A stretch of 36,585 nucleotides of DNA, from the NCBI GenBank assembly GCA_023485645.1, contig JAMCZM010000016.1, forward strand, positions 3,210 to 39,794, written 5' to 3'. Origin of the DNA: Candidatus Marsarchaeota archaeon. GTDB taxonomy: Archaea > Micrarchaeota > Micrarchaeia > Micrarchaeales > Micrarchaeaceae. Positions within the stretch are counted from its first letter, which is position 1, and every line of letters begins with the position of its first letter. Below, piece after piece: positions 17,722-26,972 of this stretch. Position numbers and translations under genes: made by a program. Below the pieces are notes generated by a model. It searched no databases. It worked only from the letters and a program-made list of their open reading frames with translations, and was not told the origin of the DNA.

Positions 17722-18453
17722 GTGGTAAATGTAATAAAACACTCGATAGATTTCTATATAAAGAATTTAGAGCTTATATTTCTGTTTTCAGTGGCATTTA
17801 TAATCGCATTTTTAATACCTGTATTCGCATCGCTTCCAACATTTAATGATGCAGGGGCGATATTTATAAGAACATCAAGCATATTTACAAATCTTAATAT
17901 AGTCAGCACGTCGGTTATAATTGCCGCGCTATTCTTTTCATTGTTATTTCTCAGCTTTGCAATAGTTGCAATAAACATACTTGTAAGGCATACAAGAACG
18001 CATACAAAGATAAAAGAGGAGGTAATTAAGGGAATAGAGCATTATACTAGTAGGGTATTCATTGTTCTGCTACTATATTCTGCTATAATAATATTGGTTA
18101 ACATAGCAACATATGGGTATGGCATATCAGGTGTTGCAACAGCAATAGTTGGCATATTATTACTGCCAATATTTTTCTATGCTCCAAGCGCAATTGTTAT
18201 AGACGAGCATAGGGTGCTTCCTGCTATAAGGTCTGGTGTAAATTTCTTCTTTAAACGATTTGATTATGTGTTTGTATGGCTTGTAATAGCAATACTTGCA
18301 TTAACAATATTTGATTTTATTTTCATAGTATTGACCGGAACTACAATATCAAGATATGCGATGCTCATATTTAATGCATTTGTAATATTGCCATTTCTTG
18401 TTGTGCTTCAGAGCCAGATGTATATGAAAAGATTTGCGATAATGCGGCACTGA
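17722..18453 (+). CDS. Polytopic membrane protein (about 6 TM), unknown function
   Basis: The start is GTG; there is no in-frame ATG near the 5' end. The protein consists of repeated long hydrophobic helices. Confidence 0.7.
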   Translation: MVNVIKHSIDFYIKNLELIFLFSVAFIIAFLIPVFASLPTFNDAGAIFIRTSSIFTNLNIVSTSVIIAALFFSLLFLSFAIVAINILVRHTRTHTKIKEEVIKGIEHYTSRVFIVLLLYSAIIILVNIATYGYGISGVATAIVGILLLPIFFYAPSAIVIDEHRVLPAIRSGVNFFFKRFDYVFVWLVIAILALTIFDFIFIVLTGTTISRYAMLIFNAFVILPFLVVLQSQMYMKRFAIMRH

Positions 18454-18511
18454 AATATTCTCAATGTGGGATATATTATTATATCTAATTATATAAGTAA
18501 TATCTGATAGT

Positions 18512-19816
18512 ATGCGGCTTCATTTTTATGTTATTTTTCTCTTTCTTTTTGGTATACTCCTATTTATACCATTTATAACATCAGCCGCAAAGGTAAATAC
18601 ACAGTATTTATTTACATCAACGCTTTCTGGTACTCAGTATATAGCAACAACATTAACCGAGGCAATAGCAACAGGTGCATTTACCAGTGCAGTTGCGCTT
18701 TCATTACTTGGCATATTACTTTCATTTCTTCTTATTGCAGTATCTTACATACTAGATTCTATGTTTAATATACCATCTCTAAAAGGTTGGTATAAAGGGG
18801 AGATACGCGAAACGATAAAATCAATAATAATTGTCGTGGTCGTATTTTCTGTGATCATAATAATGGGCAATATAGCCATAAGCGATTTTTCCGTAGGAAA
18901 TCTTGCTCCATTAAATGGCATAAATCAAATTACAACCACTACAGAAGCTATGTATAACGCAGTGGAGGTGCAGTATCTGGGCGCCGAATTAAATGATGTA
19001 AATGCTTCGTTGATAGGATTATTCGGACTATATGACGGTCTTGGCGTTCTAAAGACTACAACAGTATCATTATATGTGCCTATTCCGGTACTGCCACTGC
19101 CAGAATTTTATATAGGTTCAATAGACTTTGGGGTAAAAGAGAATCTTTATACGAGCAGTGTTCTTGGCTCTACTAATATCCCAGATGCAGGGCTTACAAC
19201 AGATATAGGAAAGGTTGTAGTTTTACCTATGTTAATTCTATTTCAGGTTGAGGTTGATGTATTTCCATATGTGGTAATTGCAGGGCTTACAGTATTGCTT
19301 CCTGCAGGAATAATACTTAGATCTATACCGCTTCTAAGATCGATAGGCGGTACACTAATAGCGTTGGGCATTGGTACTGCAATTGTATATCCGGCGCTAT
19401 TGTTGTTAATGAATTTACCGCTTACAAATTTTATAGCTCCGCCAGTTCAGACAGGAACAACCCCGCCATTTAATTGTGCTACAATAACAAATGGGGTAGC
19501 ATCAGCAAGCCTAACCTGTGGGTTCTTAAATAGCGCTGTTAGTACAACGCAGTCATATCTATCAAGCATGCCAAATAGTCAGCCATTGACGAATAATCTT
19601 CAATATGCTCTTAGTGGGTTTGTCGCAGGAATATCAAGCCTAACTAGTGTATACCCTGCGCTTAATTTCATAACCTCTCAGATGTATATAAATTTAATAT
19701 ACCAATTTATACTTAGCATACTCGATATTATAATAGGATTTACCATAACACAGAACATAGCAAAGATGTTAGGTGGTAGCATAAAGCTCGGAATCGGCAG
19801 ATTGAAACTGGCATGA
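18512..19816 (+). CDS. Polytopic membrane protein, paralog family member P1 (with signal peptide)
   Basis: The family motif RSIPLLRSIGGTLIALGIGTAIVYP lies at 19319-19393. An N-proximal motif K..EIRETIKS precedes a TM helix. The C-terminal tail reads KMLGGSIKLGIGRLKLA. Confidence 0.85.
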   Translation: MRLHFYVIFLFLFGILLFIPFITSAAKVNTQYLFTSTLSGTQYIATTLTEAIATGAFTSAVALSLLGILLSFLLIAVSYILDSMFNIPSLKGWYKGEIRETIKSIIIVVVVFSVIIIMGNIAISDFSVGNLAPLNGINQITTTTEAMYNAVEVQYLGAELNDVNASLIGLFGLYDGLGVLKTTTVSLYVPIPVLPLPEFYIGSIDFGVKENLYTSSVLGSTNIPDAGLTTDIGKVVVLPMLILFQVEVDVFPYVVIAGLTVLLPAGIILRSIPLLRSIGGTLIALGIGTAIVYPALLLLMNLPLTNFIAPPVQTGTTPPFNCATITNGVASASLTCGFLNSAVSTTQSYLSSMPNSQPLTNNLQYALSGFVAGISSLTSVYPALNFITSQMYINLIYQFILSILDIIIGFTITQNIAKMLGGSIKLGIGRLKLA

Positions 19817-19820
19817 TAAT

Positions 19821-20147
19821 ATGATAGATACGTGTGCACTGTATGGGGGATCAACATATGTAAGTAGTTGGTTAGAGCCATCATTATTAATAATATTGAC
19901 CGCATTTTTAATCGTTGCAATATTATATATATTATCAGGATTTTTCTCATCATCACTTCGATCTAAAATACGTGAAATGGTAAAATCTGAAATTGTACAG
20001 CTTGTTATAAGCGTCGTTATAATTGCAATACTATTAGGGTCTGCCGTAACAGCTTGCAATATTTCATCTTCAATTAGCCAGAGTCTTGTAAAGAGTTCAT
20101 TAAATCCAATACAGTATTCAGAATATTATATAGGTTCAAAAATCTGA
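19821..20147 (+). CDS. N-terminal fragment or subunit of paralog family member P2 (split gene)
   Basis: It carries only the N-proximal family elements (TM helix, then SKIREMVKSEIVQLVISVV). It ends at the TGA at 20145-20147, immediately after an A5 run (20138-20142). Confidence 0.6.
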   Translation: MIDTCALYGGSTYVSSWLEPSLLIILTAFLIVAILYILSGFFSSSLRSKIREMVKSEIVQLVISVVIIAILLGSAVTACNISSSISQSLVKSSLNPIQYSEYYIGSKI

Positions 20148-20149
20148 GC

Positions 20150-20950
20150 ATGAATACGGGGTTGAAGTTGCTATCTTATTTATATACAACATCAATTGTA
20201 TATGGTATAGATGCACGAATATTATATGTTATAGGCAATTCATTTGATTTTTTCCAGACGCGCGCTATCTTAGGCGCATCGATAAATTTTGGCATTAATC
20301 TGTCTGTTCCATATAATTTCTTAGCCACTTTGTATGTATCAGTGTTCTCTCCAATTCTTATAATAGTAATAGGCATGCTGCTTTTGCAATATATACTGCT
20401 TCCGCTGATACAGTATACCGCGTTTACTATAGTGCTACCAGTCGCACTTATTGTCAGATCTATTGCATATATAGGTACAAGTGGGGGCCTTAGGACTGCA
20501 GCTAATGCATTGATTGCAATAGCTATAGCCTTTTATTTGATATATCCGCTTACTATAGGGCTTGATAGCGTAATTGTTAATTGGTTATACTCACCTGCAA
20601 ACCCTACATATACATATTTGCAGCAGACCTTGCAATTCAATCAGATACCATCAACATTCTTATCCACTACAACAAGTACATTAACTGGTCCATCAGCATT
20701 TGGCTTATCTACACAATCTATAAGCTCATTATTAAATAGCGCGAGCACTTTGGGTATTGCGCACTTTTTAAATCCTATTAATATACCACAAGAGGCAAAT
20801 TTTATAATAACAACAATGGCACAATTTATATTTGTAGGAATATTCTTATTTGCGTTAAATATGGGTATAACGGTGGCATTTGCAATGAGTCTATCTAAAG
20901 CGCTTGATGCTGGAATAGATGGCGCCGGTTCATTCTGGAGAGGTTTATGA
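20150..20950 (+). CDS. C-terminal fragment or subunit of paralog family member P2
   Basis: It starts 2 nt after the upstream stop, in the -1 frame. It carries the family motif RSIAYIGTSGGLRTAANALIAIAIAFYLIYP at 20456-20548. Confidence 0.7.
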   Translation: MNTGLKLLSYLYTTSIVYGIDARILYVIGNSFDFFQTRAILGASINFGINLSVPYNFLATLYVSVFSPILIIVIGMLLLQYILLPLIQYTAFTIVLPVALIVRSIAYIGTSGGLRTAANALIAIAIAFYLIYPLTIGLDSVIVNWLYSPANPTYTYLQQTLQFNQIPSTFLSTTTSTLTGPSAFGLSTQSISSLLNSASTLGIAHFLNPINIPQEANFIITTMAQFIFVGIFLFALNMGITVAFAMSLSKALDAGIDGAGSFWRGL

Positions 20951-20951
20951 T

Positions 20952-22562
20952 ATGTTAGATATTTCAAGTATGTTATATGGAATAATATCACTTGGCAATT
21001 ATGTGATAACCTCATCTGATGTAAGTAGCGTAGGCAGTCAATTTATACCTATAATATTAATAGCGATCTTGGCTGACTCAATGATTATATCGTTATGGTA
21101 TATGATAAGCTCAATAATAAATAGTTCAGAATGGAAGGCTGGCGCTATAAGTGAATTTTATCAATTAGTTGGCACAGTAATAATAATGGTTATAATAGTG
21201 GGCGTGCTTGGTACATATGGAAGTGCGTTTGTATCATCATTAGGTAATAGCGGACTTTCTCCTACTAGTATGACATTAACATGCGCGAATTTAGAATTAA
21301 ATAGTAATCTGAACATACTTAAATTAAATCCTACTGGCCTTACAACGTACTCATTTCTATCGGGCATTAATGGATTATCATTTTCTGGATTATGTAGTTA
21401 TATATATGCCCAGGACATTGCGCCATCATTCTCATCTACGTTGAATTATCCACTTGCAGCAACTGGTATTATAACAGCAAATCTTACAAATCAGACTGCA
21501 ACAAATATAAATTCATATTTCGTACTGGACTCATATATTGGTTATTTAAAAGGTCTATCGCCAACGTATGAATTCTGTTTGCAAGGTGCTCCAGGTGAAG
21601 GACTATCCTGTTTGCTTCCGCCTCTCGCATTTGTAAATCCACCATTATTAACCGTGGTTGGTTCATACAAACCTTATGCTGGCTTTAGCATGCTTTATAA
21701 TATAATGAGGACGCTCGGTGTTCTTTTGACATCAGCATTAGAATCATTTATAGGTCAATTGCTTTTGATATCCACAATGTTAGAAATTTGGCCATATCTA
21801 CTATTTATCGGAATACTTGCAAGGGTATTCCCATATACTCGAAAAATTGGAGGGTTATTTATTGCAGTTGCTATTGGCGTATTATTCTTCTATCCCCTTA
21901 TATTCTCTATGGAGTATTTAACGATAGGACATGGATTAAATAGCCAAGTCAATCAGAATTCTCTTAATGTACAAAATGTAGCATCAGGGATTACAACGGC
22001 AACAGGACAGATCACAACAAATCCAATTACTGGTATTACAAATCTGATAAATAATAATCCGTTATCTGGACCTGGTCCTATAGGAAGTGCGTATGGTACA
22101 AATTATTCAACCACAAATACGCTTACAGAATTGCCGGCGGGGCTTGATGGTAGCATTCCATATAATCTTAATTTCTTTTCAGAGCCAAGTTTACAAGCGA
22201 TTGCAACAACAAATAATTGTTGGCCTGCAAATGGCGCAAAATATGGGTCTTTAAGCAGTGAGCTTTCTAATACTGCAACATTTCTAAATCCAATAACCTC
22301 ATCAATAAGTACGGTATTAATGTTTTTAAGAAGTACGAGTACGCTTCCATCAGGTGTTCCATCACTATATCTATCAAATGCTTGCAATGAACAGAGTTCA
22401 GAGAATATGTTATTTATGATAATGAACGCGTATGGTATAATAGGAATACCAGCATATTGGCTTCCTATAATGAATCTTGTAATAACGCTATCTGGCATTA
22501 TAGGTTTGTCTGGGTTGTTAGGCGGCGATACATTAATGGCCGGACTTGGTAATTTGGTATGA
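20952..22562 (+). CDS. Polytopic membrane protein, paralog family member P3 (no signal peptide)
   Basis: The ATG at 20952 lies 1 nt after the upstream stop; the tracker start at 20919 overlaps the previous gene. The family motif RVFPYTRKIGGLFIAVAIGVLFFYP lies at 21822-21896. Confidence 0.85.
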   Translation: MLDISSMLYGIISLGNYVITSSDVSSVGSQFIPIILIAILADSMIISLWYMISSIINSSEWKAGAISEFYQLVGTVIIMVIIVGVLGTYGSAFVSSLGNSGLSPTSMTLTCANLELNSNLNILKLNPTGLTTYSFLSGINGLSFSGLCSYIYAQDIAPSFSSTLNYPLAATGIITANLTNQTATNINSYFVLDSYIGYLKGLSPTYEFCLQGAPGEGLSCLLPPLAFVNPPLLTVVGSYKPYAGFSMLYNIMRTLGVLLTSALESFIGQLLLISTMLEIWPYLLFIGILARVFPYTRKIGGLFIAVAIGVLFFYPLIFSMEYLTIGHGLNSQVNQNSLNVQNVASGITTATGQITTNPITGITNLINNNPLSGPGPIGSAYGTNYSTTNTLTELPAGLDGSIPYNLNFFSEPSLQAIATTNNCWPANGAKYGSLSSELSNTATFLNPITSSISTVLMFLRSTSTLPSGVPSLYLSNACNEQSSENMLFMIMNAYGIIGIPAYWLPIMNLVITLSGIIGLSGLLGGDTLMAGLGNLV

Positions 22563-22566
22563 TCAT

Positions 22567-23730
22567 ATGAGCAAAAAAATAAATGCGGCAAATGCTACTA
22601 TTAAAAGAAAACGAATAGTTGCGACATTCTCTTTAGCAATGCTTCTTTTATTGGCATCGACATTTATCTATAATGTTGCAAGCGCTCAGATTACAACTTA
22701 TACAAATACTGCTACTACGCTACCAACGACTGCAACGCTCTGCAGTACAATAATACCTCAAAGTGAGCTGCTTACTATACCTACTGGCGTTCTCTCTACA
22801 ACATTGCTCATAATACTTACAATGGCTATCGTATCAGGTGTCATATATGCTGTTGGATACTCGTTAAAGATAAGCAAATTTATGAATTTTAGCAAGACTG
22901 AATTTGGAGAGATAGCAGTTACGATACTACTTGTCTTAATACTATTTGGATCATTTGCAGCATTAACCCCAAATGGGCTAGTAAATATAAACCCATTGAA
23001 TACGAGAACAACATTCATAAACGATTGCAATTTACTGGAGGGTTCATCATTTAATGTATATAATGATGTATTCACATACTTTTTGATACAGAATATAGAG
23101 CTGCAACTTGTAAGTAGCTTTAATGTGGAACTAGAGCCTGGGTTCTTCGGATTCAACTTTTCGCCATTTGTGGGCTATGGACTTGAGAGCAATCTATTAA
23201 ATACGATGCTTGAATTTGTGACCATGCTTGCAACATTGCTTATAGCACTGATAATAGTTTTGGGCGTTATATATGCAATATTTCCCGTATTTTTGTACCT
23301 TGGAATTATATTTAGAGCTGTTCCATGGACGCGTGTTGCTGGAGGCTCGTTAATTGCGTTATTTATAGGGTTTTATATGCTATTTCCTATACTTTTAGGT
23401 GCAATGATGGGTGCATATACACCAATAAGTCCATCAATGTCATATTTTGATAAGGTTGTTTCAAGTATGGACACGCTAGCATCCTCTGGAGTACTGCGCG
23501 GCGTTACAATACCTCTAGCTGTTGTAATAAATATATATAAGAATGTTGCAGGTGTTTTAGGATTTAATCTTATATACACAATAATACAGGGAACTGTAGA
23601 ACCTGTTATATATACAATATTCGCATTGGTATTATCACTTATAATCTCGCTTGATTTCACCGAATTGATGGGAGATTTCCTTGGCGCGCCAAGTCTGTCA
23701 TCAAAGAGTACGCTCTCAAAGGTGCTATGA
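22567..23730 (+). CDS. Polytopic membrane protein, paralog family member P4 (with signal peptide)
   Basis: The ATG at 22567 lies 4 nt after the upstream stop. The family motif RAVPWTRVAGGSLIALFIGFYMLFP lies at 23314-23388. Confidence 0.85.
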   Translation: MSKKINAANATIKRKRIVATFSLAMLLLLASTFIYNVASAQITTYTNTATTLPTTATLCSTIIPQSELLTIPTGVLSTTLLIILTMAIVSGVIYAVGYSLKISKFMNFSKTEFGEIAVTILLVLILFGSFAALTPNGLVNINPLNTRTTFINDCNLLEGSSFNVYNDVFTYFLIQNIELQLVSSFNVELEPGFFGFNFSPFVGYGLESNLLNTMLEFVTMLATLLIALIIVLGVIYAIFPVFLYLGIIFRAVPWTRVAGGSLIALFIGFYMLFPILLGAMMGAYTPISPSMSYFDKVVSSMDTLASSGVLRGVTIPLAVVINIYKNVAGVLGFNLIYTIIQGTVEPVIYTIFALVLSLIISLDFTELMGDFLGAPSLSSKSTLSKVL

Positions 23731-24917
23731 TGGAAATTAAATATAAAAGATATATCCTGCCATTTATTTTTATAGCGCTGCTTATGCCGATACTGGGCAT
23801 TGCATCTAGCACTAATAACCTAAAGAGTGCAATATTATTCACATCCGCACTATCTGAATTATTTAATAATACATTTACGGGCTCATACACATTTGCATTA
23901 ATTGCCGCAATGATTGTCTTTTTAATAGCGGCATTTGTTTATATGCTAAGCAATGTAATAGGCAGCCATAATGGTCTCAACTGGGCAAAGACTCAAATAT
24001 ACCAAGCATTAATTGGCATTATAATTTTACTGGTATTCGTCTGGTTAACTCCTTTATTGCTATCAAATCCATCAGGTGCATTAAATTCTGCTGGCATACT
24101 TCCAAGTACCTGCAGATCAAGCAATGTTAATACACTATTTAACACATCAGCATGCGATCTTTCAACATTTACCACTTCCGCAACAACACTCATGCAGACT
24201 ATATACTATCTAACATATGTGGAGGCGCTTATTCCGGGTGTTGGCATTGCACCTAATATACCATCAGATGTTTTCAATGTCGGATTTAAAAGCGAGGTGA
24301 GTTCAATTGCCCCAAAATCAATAGATGATATGACCTCAGTTGTGCTTGAAGCATTAATACTTGGATTGCTTTTAAATCAGGTACAGATGCTTATAATATC
24401 AGCCGCGCCGCTACTATTATCGCTGTTTATATCTATAGGTGTAATAGCTTGGATATTTGGGATAAGTAGAAGCTTTGGCGGGACGATGATAGCATTAGGC
24501 GTAGGTCTTGGAATAATATACCCGCTGCTTGTTACAATTACCTATGGATTTATATCAACCGGACTTCTTGCAACATTAAACAATCCTACAAATCTTCAAG
24601 GCATGCTGAATGCGTTTGGCAATATGGTATTAAATGTCTCAATTGCCCTATTTAACCTTATTACTATATGGAGCACTAATAATTTTGCTGCAAATACTGG
24701 TGCAAATCTTCAGGCGATAACAGTCTCTGCGTCGCAGGCATATCAATCCGCAATGGGTGAGATATATCTGCTGCTTGAGGCTATGGGGTTTGTTTTTGCG
24801 GGTCTTACGTTTATACCATTTCTAAATTTTACTATACTCGATTCATTCGTTATGGATTTTTCAAAAGCGATAGGTGAACGCGTAAGCTTCATGGATCTTA
24901 TAACAGGGTTGGTGTGA
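23727..24917 (+). CDS. Polytopic membrane protein, paralog family member P5 (with signal peptide)
   Basis: An ATGA start/stop overlap joins it to P4. A variant motif WIFGISRSFGGTMIALGVGLGIIYP lies at 24450-24524. Confidence 0.85.
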   Translation: MMEIKYKRYILPFIFIALLMPILGIASSTNNLKSAILFTSALSELFNNTFTGSYTFALIAAMIVFLIAAFVYMLSNVIGSHNGLNWAKTQIYQALIGIIILLVFVWLTPLLLSNPSGALNSAGILPSTCRSSNVNTLFNTSACDLSTFTTSATTLMQTIYYLTYVEALIPGVGIAPNIPSDVFNVGFKSEVSSIAPKSIDDMTSVVLEALILGLLLNQVQMLIISAAPLLLSLFISIGVIAWIFGISRSFGGTMIALGVGLGIIYPLLVTITYGFISTGLLATLNNPTNLQGMLNAFGNMVLNVSIALFNLITIWSTNNFAANTGANLQAITVSASQAYQSAMGEIYLLLEAMGFVFAGLTFIPFLNFTILDSFVMDFSKAIGERVSFMDLITGLV

Positions 24918-24920
24918 AAA

Positions 24921-26039
24921 ATGAAAAATAATTATAAACAAAAAATTGTTTTGATGTCTGGATTAATAATCATGCTACTCTCAACTATTTTTATGCATGT
25001 GGCAGCTGCATCAACTACATCAACAAGCGGTTGTGGATTATTGCAGCAGGGTATACAGCAAACAGTAGAGACCGATACACCTTGGTATTGTCCAATAAAC
25101 CAGCAGTTATACACCGATTGGACAGGTCAATTGCCATTGGCATTAATAGCTGTGTTAATCTCATTTTTAATAGCGGGAATAATATTTATGGTAGGTGCGG
25201 CGACAAAGAATGATCGCATAAGGAATTTTGGTGCAGGCGAACTATATGAGGCTATTGCAAGCGCAATAATAGTAGGAATATTTTTGTATGTGGCGGCGGT
25301 ATTATTTGGCTTATTGCCATCAATATTTGTGGGTCCTATAAATCCATTTGCCACGTCATTTCATTTTATGTTAAGTACAATACAGCAAGCTGAGTTATTG
25401 TTTGCATCATTATACCATGTGGTTATGTTGGATGCGTATTATGCATCAATAAAAATAGCCGTCGCATTTCCTCCAGCGGGAACTGAGGTTGGTAATATAT
25501 TAAACCTTGTTGCGCTACCATTGGATATATTTTTTATAGAGCCAGCAGAGGTCCTTGGCGTATTTTTGGCAGAGGGCATAATAGCAATATATGCAGAATA
25601 TTATCTTATGTTATTTTTTGCAGTTGCTGCAATACCTGTTTTTCTTGTTCCTGGTGTTATACTTCGTGCAATATTCCCAACACGTGCGCTTGGCAGCATG
25701 ATGATAGCAATAGCAATGGCATTCTATTTTGTAATGCCCGCACTTTTTGCAGTGGCGTTTTATTTTACCGCTCCTACAATGTATAAAGATATGGCGAGTG
25801 CAACAACGCAAATAAGCGGATTTAGCAATGGATCTGCAAGTATATTGAATTCTATATCTCCAAATAGCCCACTCGCGCTGCAACTTAGCAATGTTGAGAC
25901 CGCAATGAATGGATTATGGCTCATGATGTTGTTCTATCCATTCTTGATAATAGGTATATCATATGCCTTCTCGGTGCAAATTTCCAATTTTATGTCAGGT
26001 GCAGGCCAATCAAGTGGAAGATTGCGTGCGTTCATATAA
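24921..26039 (+). CDS. Polytopic membrane protein, paralog family member P6 (with signal peptide)
   Basis: It starts 3 nt after the P5 stop. The motif RAIFPTRALGSMMIAIAMAFYFVMP lies at 25665-25739. Confidence 0.85.
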   Translation: MKNNYKQKIVLMSGLIIMLLSTIFMHVAAASTTSTSGCGLLQQGIQQTVETDTPWYCPINQQLYTDWTGQLPLALIAVLISFLIAGIIFMVGAATKNDRIRNFGAGELYEAIASAIIVGIFLYVAAVLFGLLPSIFVGPINPFATSFHFMLSTIQQAELLFASLYHVVMLDAYYASIKIAVAFPPAGTEVGNILNLVALPLDIFFIEPAEVLGVFLAEGIIAIYAEYYLMLFFAVAAIPVFLVPGVILRAIFPTRALGSMMIAIAMAFYFVMPALFAVAFYFTAPTMYKDMASATTQISGFSNGSASILNSISPNSPLALQLSNVETAMNGLWLMMLFYPFLIIGISYAFSVQISNFMSGAGQSSGRLRAFI

Positions 26040-26101
26040 AATAAGCATTTGTGTGCCTGGATTTTATATCGGCAATCGCGCACGGCGTAGTTAAATACTC
26101 T

Positions 26102-26109
26102 TTTAAATA
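26102..26109 (+). promoter_or_regulatory. Consensus archaeal TATA box (TTTAAATA), internal promoter for the ATPase module
   Basis: It sits in the only sizeable gap in the middle of the cluster (26040-26135). The TATA ends 27 nt before the ATG at 26136. That spacing fits a leaderless or near-leaderless transcript. Confidence 0.45.
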
Positions 26110-26135
26110 TTTCTTCTGATATATAATGGACTTTG

Positions 26136-26972
26136 ATGGACCAGAAAATCTTCTTATTTGGTATTTTAATTATAGCGGCATTTGCGCTAATAATAGCTGG
26201 AGCATTAATACCCTCGCAGATACTGCCTTATCCTATAAAAATAATAATTTACATACTAGCGATATTTTTAGATGTTCTTGCATTTGCAACAAGATACTAT
26301 ACATATATAATGATGCCTCTTTTTAAGCAGCGCAAAAAAAATATCACCTTAGACGTGCAGGAACCATATTGGATTGCTGGTAGCAATGATGCAATAGTAA
26401 GAAAGATAGGTGAGGAATTCATTGCAACTACCTTCATATTAATTCCACTTTATCGATCTGCAACAGAAATGTCTGTTGATGAAAAATTAAGTTTTGGGGC
26501 GCAAATAGGGCGTTTAATAAGTATAAATACTGAGCCTGTGCGATATTCGACACAGCTACATGTAATGGACAAGGAGGCATACTTATCAAGCATACGAGAT
26601 AGCCTTAATATGTCGGAGAATGAGATAATAGAATTGACGCAAAAAAATGCATCACAGCATGAGCTTGATAATGCAAAGGGAAGGGTTACGATGTGGCGCA
26701 ATATGATGGAGAGAATGTCTATTGAGCAGTCGTTTGAGCTTATGCTATACGCATCGGTATCAGCCTCAGGAACAAAAGAGTATGAGGCGACAAGCATTGT
26801 GCAGCAGCGCGCAAGAGATCTAATGTCAGGAATAAGTAGCACGCTTGGAATAACAACCTCTATAATAACGGGCAATGAGATGTTAAAGGTAATAGAGCCA
26901 GATCATTTGATACCATATTCGAATGTAAGAAAGCAAATAAATGCAAATATTTCAGGTGAGCAGAATGGATGA
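26136..26972 (+). CDS. TM-hairpin protein with soluble domain, VirB3-like hairpin plus VirB4 N-terminal-domain-like (paralog 1)
   Basis: Two N-terminal TM helices are followed by EPYWIAGSNDAIVRKIGEEFIATTFILIPLY...VRYSTQLHVMD...FELMLYASVSASG...LGITTSIITGNEMLKV. The pattern is shared with the next ORF and lies directly upstream of the VirB4-type ATPase. Confidence 0.45.
   Translation: MDQKIFLFGILIIAAFALIIAGALIPSQILPYPIKIIIYILAIFLDVLAFATRYYTYIMMPLFKQRKKNITLDVQEPYWIAGSNDAIVRKIGEEFIATTFILIPLYRSATEMSVDEKLSFGAQIGRLISINTEPVRYSTQLHVMDKEAYLSSIRDSLNMSENEIIELTQKNASQHELDNAKGRVTMWRNMMERMSIEQSFELMLYASVSASGTKEYEATSIVQQRARDLMSGISSTLGITTSIITGNEMLKVIEPDHLIPYSNVRKQINANISGEQNG

Noticed and set aside
17153-26875. 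Minus-strand or alternative-frame ORFs within the cluster (17153-17386, 17754-17978, 19678-20059, 20176-20376, 20641-21015, 21161-21666, 22103-22591, 22758-23156, 23373-23890, 23993-24193, 24932-25354, 25611-25883, 26126-26326, 26450-26875)
   Set aside because: All lie inside + strand genes whose frames are supported by paralog conservation, TM periodicity and tight start/stop coupling. Antisense ORFs of this length are expected in AT-rich DNA.
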